DNA of 64,000 nt from Escherichia phage T2: sequence record NC_054931.1; one strand, written 5' to 3'. The position numbers and the translations under genes were made by a program. Shown in pieces: positions 50,001 to 64,000 of the stretch. A model generated the notes under the pieces. That model was not told the origin of the DNA. It did not search any database and was given only the letters and a program-made list of their open reading frames with translations. Each line of letters begins with the position of its first letter. Position 1 is the stretch's first letter.

Positions 50001-50157
50001 ATTGCCGTCTGAACGACGTAAATTAATGAGTCCTTTATTTGATGCATCTGGAACAACATTTGCACAATTTAGAGATTTAGTTAATAAACGTCTAAAAGAC
50101 AATATAGGAAATCCAAGAGACCCTGAAAATCCAACACAGGTTAAAATAGATGAATGA
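47059..50157 (+). CDS. 7: Baseplate wedge initiator gp7
   Basis: 1032-aa ORF, T4 gp7 length/position. Confidence 0.9.
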   Translation: MTVKAPSVTSLRISKLSANQVQVRWDDVGANFYYFVEIAETKTNSGEKLPSDQYRWINLGYTANNSFFFDDADPLTTYIIRVATAAQDFEQSDWIYTEEFETFATNAYTFQNMIEMQLANKFIQEKFTLNNSDYVNFNNDTIMAALMNESFQFSPSYVDVSSISNFIIGENEYHEIQGSIQQVCKDINRVYLMESEGILYLFERYQPVVKVSNDKGQTWKDVKLFNDRVGYPLSKTVYYQSANTTYVLGYDKIFYGRKSTDVRWSADDVRFSSQDITFAKLGVQLHLGFDVEIFVTYATLPANVYRIAEAITCTDDYIYVVARDKVRYIKTSNAPIDSDPLSPTYSERLFEPDTMTITGNPKAVCYKMDSIGDKVFALIIGEVETLNANPRTSKIIDSADKGIYVLNHDTKTWKRVFGNTEEERRRIQPGYANMSTDGKLVSLSSSNFKFLSDNVVNDPETAAKYQLIGAVKYEFPREWLADKHYHMMAFIADEKSDWETFTPQPMKYYAEPFFNWSKKSNTRCWINNSDRVVVVYADLKYTKVIENIPETSPDRLVHEYWDDGDCTIVMPNVKFTGFKKYASGMLFYKASGEIISYYDFNYRVRDTVEIIWKPTGVFLKAFLQNQEHETPWSPEEERGLADPDLRPLIGTMMPDSYLLQDSNFEAFCEAYIQYLSDGYGTQYNNLRNLIRNQYPREEHAWEYLWSEIYKRNIYLNADKRDAVARFFESRSYDFYSTKGIEASYKFLFKVLYNEEVEIEIESGAGTEYDIIVQSDSLTEDLVGQTIYTATGRCNVTYIERSYSNGKLQWTVTIHNLLGRLIAGQEVKAERLPSFEGEIIRGVKGKDLLQNNIDYINRSRSYYVMKIKSNLPSSRWKSDVIRFVHPVGFGFIAITLLTMFINVGLTLKHTETIINKYKNYKWDSGLPTEYADRVAKLTPTGEIEHDSVTGEAIYEPGPMAGVKYPLPDDYNAENNNSIFQGQLPSERRKLMSPLFDASGTTFAQFRDLVNKRLKDNIGNPRDPENPTQVKIDE

Positions 50158-51154
50158 TTCAAGTGTTATCTATCGTGCGATAGTTACTTCAAAATTTAGA
50201 ACAGAAAAAATGTTGAATTTTTATAATTCAATTGGAAGTGGTCCGGATAAAAACACTATCTTTATCACATTTGGAAGATCAGAACCGTGGTCATCAAATG
50301 AAAATGAGGTGGGCTTTGCCCCACCTTATCCTACCGATTCTGTATTAGGTGTAACTGACATGTGGACTCATATGATGGGAACAGTAAAAGTTCTTCCATC
50401 AATGCTTGATGCAGTTATTCCTCGTCGAGATTGGGGAGATACTAGATATCCGGATCCATACACATTTAGAATTAACGATATTGTAGTGTGTAACTCAGCT
50501 CCTTACAACGCTACTGAATCAGGCGCGGGTTGGTTAGTGTATCGTTGTTTAGATGTTCCTGATACCGGAATGTGTTCAATAGCATCTTTAACTGATAAAG
50601 ATGAATGCCTTAAATTAGGAGGAAAATGGACTCCTTCTGCTAGGTCAATGACTCCGCCTGAAGGCCGAGGAGATGCTGAAGGAACAATTGAACCCGGAGA
50701 CGGGTATGTGTGGGAATATCTTTTTGAGATTCCGCCTGATGTATCTATAAATAGATGCACGAATGAATATATCGTGGTTCCTTGGACTGAGGAATTAAAA
50801 GAGGACCCGACTAGATGGGGATATGAAGATAATCTCACTTGGCAACAAGATGATTTTGGATTAATTTACCGTGTTAAGGCAAATACTATTCGTTTTAAAG
50901 CATATTTAAACTCAGTTTATTTTCCTGAAGCTGCATTGCCAGGAAATAAAGGATTTAGACAAATATCAATAATCACGAATCCTCTTGAAGCTAAAGTTCA
51001 TCCAAATGACCCAAACGTTAAAGCTGAAAAGGATTATTATGACCCAGAAGATTTAATGAGGCATTCGGGCGAAATGATTTATATGGAAAATAGGCCACCT
51101 ATTATTATGGCAATGGATCAAACAGAAGAAATCAATATTCTGTTTACATTTTAA
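50150..51154 (+). CDS. 8: Baseplate wedge protein gp8
   Basis: 334-aa ORF. Confidence 0.9.
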   Translation: MNDSSVIYRAIVTSKFRTEKMLNFYNSIGSGPDKNTIFITFGRSEPWSSNENEVGFAPPYPTDSVLGVTDMWTHMMGTVKVLPSMLDAVIPRRDWGDTRYPDPYTFRINDIVVCNSAPYNATESGAGWLVYRCLDVPDTGMCSIASLTDKDECLKLGGKWTPSARSMTPPEGRGDAEGTIEPGDGYVWEYLFEIPPDVSINRCTNEYIVVPWTEELKEDPTRWGYEDNLTWQQDDFGLIYRVKANTIRFKAYLNSVYFPEAALPGNKGFRQISIITNPLEAKVHPNDPNVKAEKDYYDPEDLMRHSGEMIYMENRPPIIMAMDQTEEINILFTF

Positions 51155-51159
51155 ATTAA

Positions 51160-51186
51160 GGGAGCCCATGGGCTCCCTTTTTCTTT
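51160..51186 (+). terminator. Stem-loop plus T-run after gene 8
   Basis: gggagccc-atg-ggctccc followed by tttttcttt. Confidence 0.55.
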
Positions 51187-51193
51187 ATAAATA
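51186..51193 (+). promoter_or_regulatory. Late promoter TATAAATA upstream of gene 9
   Basis: Exact TATAAATA 25 bp upstream of the gene 9 ATG. Confidence 0.65.
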
Positions 51194-51217
51194 CTATAAA
51201 CTCATAAGGAAACCGCT

Positions 51218-52084
51218 ATGTTCATTCAAGAACCAAAGAAATTGATTGATACCGGCGAAATTGGTAACGCTTCTACTGGTGATATCTTATTCGACGGTGG
51301 TAATAAAATTAATAGTGATTTTAACGCAATTTATAATGCGTTTGGCGATCAGCGTAAAATGGCAGTAGCAAATGGCACTGGAGCAGATGGTCAAATTATC
51401 CATGCTACTGGATATTATCAAAAACACTCTATTACAGAGTACGCAACTCCAGTAAAAGTTGGCACTAGGCATGATATTGATACCTCTACTGTAGGTGTTA
51501 AAGTTATCATTGAAAGAGGCGAACTTGGCGACTGCGTTGAATTTATTAACTCTAATGGATCAATATCAGTTACTAATCCTCTAACAATTCAAGCTATTGA
51601 TTCAATTAAAGGTGTTTCAGGTAATTTAGTAGTAACTAGCCCATATAGTAAAGTTACTTTACGCTGTATTTCATCTGATAATTCTACATCGGTTTGGAAT
51701 TATTCTATTGAAAGTATGTTTGGACAAAAGGAATCACCAGCTGAAGGTACATGGAATGTTTCTACATCCGGATCAGTTGATATTCCACTATTTCAACGCA
51801 CTGAATACAATATGGCTAAATTGCTAGTTACGTGCCAATCAGTAGATGGAAGAAAAATTAAAACAGCAGAAATAAATATTCTTGTGGATACTGTTAATTC
51901 AGAGGTAATTTCTTCTGAATATGCTGTCATGCGAGTTGGGAATGAAACCGAAGAAGATGAAATCGCTAATATTGCATTTAGTATTAAAGAAAACTATGTA
52001 ACGGCGACTATAAGTTCTTCAACTGTCGGTATGAGAGCAGCAGTTAAAGTTATCGCTACGCAGAAAATCGGGGTGGCTCAATAA
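51218..52084 (+). CDS. 9: Baseplate protein gp9 (long tail fibre socket)
   Basis: 288-aa ORF. Confidence 0.9.
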   Translation: MFIQEPKKLIDTGEIGNASTGDILFDGGNKINSDFNAIYNAFGDQRKMAVANGTGADGQIIHATGYYQKHSITEYATPVKVGTRHDIDTSTVGVKVIIERGELGDCVEFINSNGSISVTNPLTIQAIDSIKGVSGNLVVTSPYSKVTLRCISSDNSTSVWNYSIESMFGQKESPAEGTWNVSTSGSVDIPLFQRTEYNMAKLLVTCQSVDGRKIKTAEINILVDTVNSEVISSEYAVMRVGNETEEDEIANIAFSIKENYVTATISSSTVGMRAAVKVIATQKIGVAQ

Positions 52085-53892
52085 TGAAACAAAATATTAA
52101 TATCGGTAATGTTGTAGATGATGGTACCGGTGACTACCTGCGTAAAGGTGGTATAAAAATAAATGAAAACTTTGATGAGCTTTATTATGAACTCGGTGAT
52201 GGTGATGTTCCATATTCAGCCGGTGCCTGGAAAACTTATAATGCTTCATCAGGACAAACATTAACAGCAGAATGGGGAAAATCATACGCTATTAATACAT
52301 CTTCTGGAAGAGTGACTATAAATCTTCCAAAGGGTACAGTTAATGATTACAACAAGGTAATTAGAGCTAGAGACGTATTTGCTACATGGAACGTCAACCC
52401 AGTTACACTAGTAGCTGCTTCCGGCGATACGATTAAAGGGTCTGCAGTACCAGTTGAAATTAATGTTCAATTCAGCGATTTAGAACTAGTGTATTGTGCC
52501 CCAGGACGTTGGGAATATGTCAAAAATAAACAAATTGACAAAATTACCAGTTCAGACATTAGTAATGTAGCTCGTAAAGAATTTTTAGTCGAAGTCCAAG
52601 GGCAAACAGACTTTTTAGATGTTTTCAGTGGAACTAGTTATAATGTAAATAACATCAGAGTAAAACATCGTGGTAACGAATTATATTATGGCGATGTGTT
52701 TAGCGAAAACAGCGATTTTGGCTCTCCAGGCGAAAATGAAGGAGAACTGGTTCCTCTTGATGGATTTAATATTCGATTAAGACAGCCTTGTAATATTGGT
52801 GACACTGTTCAAATTGAAACATTTATGGATGGTGTATCGCAGTGGAGAAGTTCATATACAAGACGTCAAATTAGATTGTTAGATTCAAAATTAACGTCAA
52901 AAACTTCTCTAGAAGGAAGTATTTACGTTACTGATTTATCAACAATGAAATCAATTCCATTTTCTGCTTTTGGATTAATTCCAGGAGAACCTATTAATCC
53001 TAATTCTCTTGAAGTTAGTTTTAATGGAATTTTACAAGAATTGGCTGGAACAGTTGGAATGCCATTATTTCATTGTGTTGGTGCCGATTCAGACGATGAA
53101 GTAGAATGCTCTGTTTTAGGTGGAACTTGGGAACAATCTCATACCGATTATTCAGTTGAAACTGATGAAAACGGCATACCAGAAATTTTACATTTCGATA
53201 GAGTATTTGAGCATGGTGACATTATCAATATCACCTGGTTTAATAATGATTTGGGTACATTATTAACAAAAGATGAGATTATTGATGAAACTGATAATCT
53301 CTATGTATCGCAAGGACCGGGAGTAGATATTTCCGGTGATGTAAATTTAACAGACTTTGATAAAATTGGTTGGCCAAATGTAGAAGCAGTTCAATCTTAT
53401 CAACGCGAATTTACTGCTGTTTCAAATATCTTTGATACGATTTATCCTATTGGAACTATATATGAAAACGCTGTTAATCCAAATAACCCTGTTACATATA
53501 TGGGATTCGGCTCATGGAAATTATTTGGGCAAGGAAAAGTTTTAGTTGGATGGAATGAAGATATTTCGGACCCTAACTTTGCTCTAAATAACAACGATTT
53601 AGATTCTGGTGGAAATCCTTCGCATACTGCAGGCGGAACAGGTGGTTCTACTTCTGTTACATTGGAAAATGCTAATCTTCCTGCAACCGAGACAGATGAA
53701 GAAGTTCTAATAGTTGATGAAAATGGATCAGTCATTGTTGGTGGATGTCAATACGATCCAGATGAATCCGGTCCAATTTATACTAAATACCGTGAAGCTA
53801 AAGCATCTACTAACTCTACTCACACTCCGCCAACATCAATAACTAACATTCAACCATATATTACAGTTTATCGTTGGATAAGGATTGCATAA
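52084..53892 (+). CDS. 10: Baseplate wedge protein gp10
   Basis: 602-aa ORF. Confidence 0.9.
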   Translation: MKQNINIGNVVDDGTGDYLRKGGIKINENFDELYYELGDGDVPYSAGAWKTYNASSGQTLTAEWGKSYAINTSSGRVTINLPKGTVNDYNKVIRARDVFATWNVNPVTLVAASGDTIKGSAVPVEINVQFSDLELVYCAPGRWEYVKNKQIDKITSSDISNVARKEFLVEVQGQTDFLDVFSGTSYNVNNIRVKHRGNELYYGDVFSENSDFGSPGENEGELVPLDGFNIRLRQPCNIGDTVQIETFMDGVSQWRSSYTRRQIRLLDSKLTSKTSLEGSIYVTDLSTMKSIPFSAFGLIPGEPINPNSLEVSFNGILQELAGTVGMPLFHCVGADSDDEVECSVLGGTWEQSHTDYSVETDENGIPEILHFDRVFEHGDIINITWFNNDLGTLLTKDEIIDETDNLYVSQGPGVDISGDVNLTDFDKIGWPNVEAVQSYQREFTAVSNIFDTIYPIGTIYENAVNPNNPVTYMGFGSWKLFGQGKVLVGWNEDISDPNFALNNNDLDSGGNPSHTAGGTGGSTSVTLENANLPATETDEEVLIVDENGSVIVGGCQYDPDESGPIYTKYREAKASTNSTHTPPTSITNIQPYITVYRWIRIA

Positions 53893-54547
53893 TGAGTTTA
53901 CTTAATAACAAAGCGGGAGTTATTTCCCGCTTAGCCGATTTTCTTGGTTTTAGACCTAAAACTGGCGACATTGATGTAATGAATCGTCAATCAGTCGGGT
54001 CAGTGACAATATCTCAATTAGCGAAAGGATTTTATGAACCAAACATAGAATCAGCTATTAATGACGTTCATAATTTTTCTATAAAAGACGTTGGTACAAT
54101 TATTACTAATAAAACTGGTGTTTCTCCTGAGGGTGTTTCTCAAACTGATTATTGGGCATTTTCTGGAACTGTAACAGACGATTCTCTTCCTCCGGGTTCT
54201 CCTGTTACGGTATTAGTATTTGGTCTTCCAGTTTCAGCAACAACTGGAATGACGGCAATTGAGTTTGTTGCAAAAGTTCGTGTTGCCCTTCAAGAAGCTA
54301 TTGCATCATTTACTGCTATCAACTCATATAAAGACCATCCAACAGATGGTAGTAAATTAGAAGTTACTTATTTAGATAATCAAAAACATGTATTAAGCAC
54401 ATATTCTACATATGGAATAACTATTTCGCAGGAAATTATTTCTGAGTCTAAACCTGGCTATGGTACATGGAATTTATTAGGCGCACAAACTGTAACTTTA
54501 GATAATCAGCAGACTCCTACAGTATTTTATCATTTTGAGAGAACAGC

Positions 54548-54551
<4 letters not shown>
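53892..54551 (+). CDS. 11: Baseplate wedge protein gp11 (short tail fibre attachment)
   Basis: 219 aa from [20 protein letters not shown]; ATG overlaps the gene 10 stop (ATAATGA); ORF track start 53874 is upstream. Confidence 0.9.
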
Positions 54552-57591
<3,040 letters not shown>

Positions 57592-57593
57592 CA

Positions 57594-57612
57594 TGGGGCC
57601 GCAAGGCCCCAA
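57594..57612 (+). terminator. Stem-loop after wac (weak T-run)
   Basis: ggggcc-gcaa-ggcccc. Confidence 0.35.
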
Positions 57613-57622
57613 AGGATTTTAA

Positions 57623-59324
<1,702 letters not shown>

Positions 59325-59365
59325 TAAATATTATAAACTAATTAAAGCCCAGATTAGGAGAAGTC

Positions 59366-62506
<3,141 letters not shown>

Positions 62507-62534
62507 TATTAAAGCATATTAAAGAGGATTAAAA

Positions 62535-64000
62535 ATGACTTTATTATCTCCGGGCATTGAGCTCAAAGAAACTACGGTTCAAAGCACCGTGGTTAATAAC
62601 TCTACTGGTACAGCAGCTTTGGCCGGTAAATTCCAGTGGGGTCCTGCTTTTCAGATTAAACAGGTTACAAATGAAGTAGATTTAGTTAATACTTTTGGTC
62701 AACCAACCGCTGAAACTGCTGACTATTTTATGTCTGCGATGAATTTCTTGCAGTACGGAAATGACTTACGAGTAGTTCGTGCTGTTGATAGAGATACCGC
62801 TAAAAACTCATCACCAATCGCTGGTAATATTGAATACACAATTTCTACCCCAGGTAGTAACTATGCGGTTGGAGATAAAATCACAGTCAAATATGTTTCA
62901 GATGATATTGAAACTGAAGGTAAAATTACTGAAGTAGACGCAGATGGAAAAATTAAGAAAATTAATATTCCTACTGCAAAAATTATCGCTAAAGCGAAAG
63001 AAGTCGGTGAATATCCAACACTAGGTTCTAACTGGACTGCGGAAATTTCTTCATCTTCCTCTGGTTTAGCTGCAGTAATAACTCTTGGAAAAATTATTAC
63101 TGATTCTGGTATTTTATTAGCTGAAATTGAAAATGCTGAAGCTGCTATGACAGCGGTTGACTTTCAAGCAAATCTTAAAAAATATGGAATTCCAGGAGTA
63201 GTAGCGCTTTATCCAGGCGAATTAGGCGATAAAATTGAAATTGAAATCGTATCTAAAGCTGACTATGCAAAAGGAGCTTCTGCATTACTCCCAATTTATC
63301 CAGGTGGTGGTACTCGTGCATCTACTGCCAAAGCAGTGTTTGGATATGGACCGCAAACTGATTCACAATACGCTATTATAGTTCGTCGCAATGATGCTAT
63401 TGTTCAAAGCGTTGTTCTTTCAACTAAGCGTGGTGAAAAAGATATTTACGATAGTAACATCTATATCGATGACTTTTTCGCAAAAGGCGGCTCAGAATAT
63501 ATTTTTGCAACTGCACAAAACTGGCCAGAAGGCTTCTCTGGAATTTTAACTCTGTCTGGTGGATTATCATCAAATGCTGAAGTAACAGCAGGAGATTTGA
63601 TGGAAGCTTGGGACTTCTTTGCTGACCGTGAATCCGTTGATGTTCAACTGTTTATTGCGGGTTCTTGTGCCGGTGAATCTTTAGAAACAGCATCTACTGT
63701 CCAAAAACACGTCGTTTCAATTGGGGATGCTCGCCAAGATTGCTTAGTATTGTGCTCTCCTCCGCGTGAAACTGTAGTTGGAATTCCTGTAACTCGTGCA
63801 GTAGATAATTTAGTTAACTGGAGAACTGCGGCAGGTTCATACACTGATAATAACTTTAATATCAGTTCAACCTACGCAGCAATTGATGGTAACTATAAGT
63901 ATCAGTATGACAAATATAATGATGTGAATCGTTGGGTTCCATTAGCAGCTGATATTGCTGGTTTATGCGCAAGAACTGATAACGTATCTCAGACTTGGAT
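62535..64000 (+). CDS. 18: Tail sheath protein gp18, N-terminal part; continues beyond window end
   Basis: ATG at 62535; MTLLSPGIELKETTVQSTVVNNSTGTAALAGKFQWGP...; frame open to position 64000. Confidence 0.9.
   Translation, partial: MTLLSPGIELKETTVQSTVVNNSTGTAALAGKFQWGPAFQIKQVTNEVDLVNTFGQPTAETADYFMSAMNFLQYGNDLRVVRAVDRDTAKNSSPIAGNIEYTISTPGSNYAVGDKITVKYVSDDIETEGKITEVDADGKIKKINIPTAKIIAKAKEVGEYPTLGSNWTAEISSSSSGLAAVITLGKIITDSGILLAEIENAEAAMTAVDFQANLKKYGIPGVVALYPGELGDKIEIEIVSKADYAKGASALLPIYPGGGTRASTAKAVFGYGPQTDSQYAIIVRRNDAIVQSVVLSTKRGEKDIYDSNIYIDDFFAKGGSEYIFATAQNWPEGFSGILTLSGGLSSNAEVTAGDLMEAWDFFADRESVDVQLFIAGSCAGESLETASTVQKHVVSIGDARQDCLVLCSPPRETVVGIPVTRAVDNLVNWRTAAGSYTDNNFNISSTYAAIDGNYKYQYDKYNDVNRWVPLAADIAGLCARTDNVSQTW

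Noticed and set aside
52097-52285. His-rich minus-strand ORF (HHHHRVH) inside gene 10
   Set aside because: Antisense to a conserved structural gene; composition artefact.
59325-59340. Possible late promoter upstream of gene 15 (taataaatattataaact)
   Set aside because: No exact TATAAATA; two mismatches in the best alignment, left unannotated.

Overview
This window is a contiguous segment of a T4-like (Tequatrovirus-type) myophage genome, colinear with T4 from gene 46 to gene 18. Positions 1-41900 are the early/middle region, almost entirely minus-strand: 46, an HNH endonuclease ORF, 47, agt, 55, nrdH-nrdG-nrdD, 49, pin, nrdC, a hyperplastic block of unknown ORFs (13.3-23.9 kb), rI, tk, regB, a GrcA-like gene, an internal-protein gene, lysozyme e with nudE, a 9-tRNA cluster, two ipI-like genes, 57B/57A, 1, 3, 2, 4. 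Positions 41948-64000 are the plus-strand late module: 53, 5, 5.4, 6-12, wac, 13-17 and the start of 18. Assignments rest on my own reading of the translations (protein lengths and motifs matching T4 proteins I recognise); no database search was run. Regulatory punctuation is T4-like: about a dozen early promoters (GTTTAC -35, 17-bp spacer, TACTAT/TATAAT -10), several paired with UUCG-loop terminator hairpins, and TATAAATA late promoters. The most notable observations are: the nudE frame has no stop and runs in frame into e; two accessory genes are broken by homopolymer frameshifts; a motif-level candidate ADP-ribosylation toolkit (ART-like ORF, Pol-beta-type NTase, Macro-like ORF); a GrcA-like gene whose C-terminal half matches host GrcA as I recall it; an intronless nrdD; and a tRNA repertoire different from T4. 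No CRISPR array, integrase or transposase was seen.
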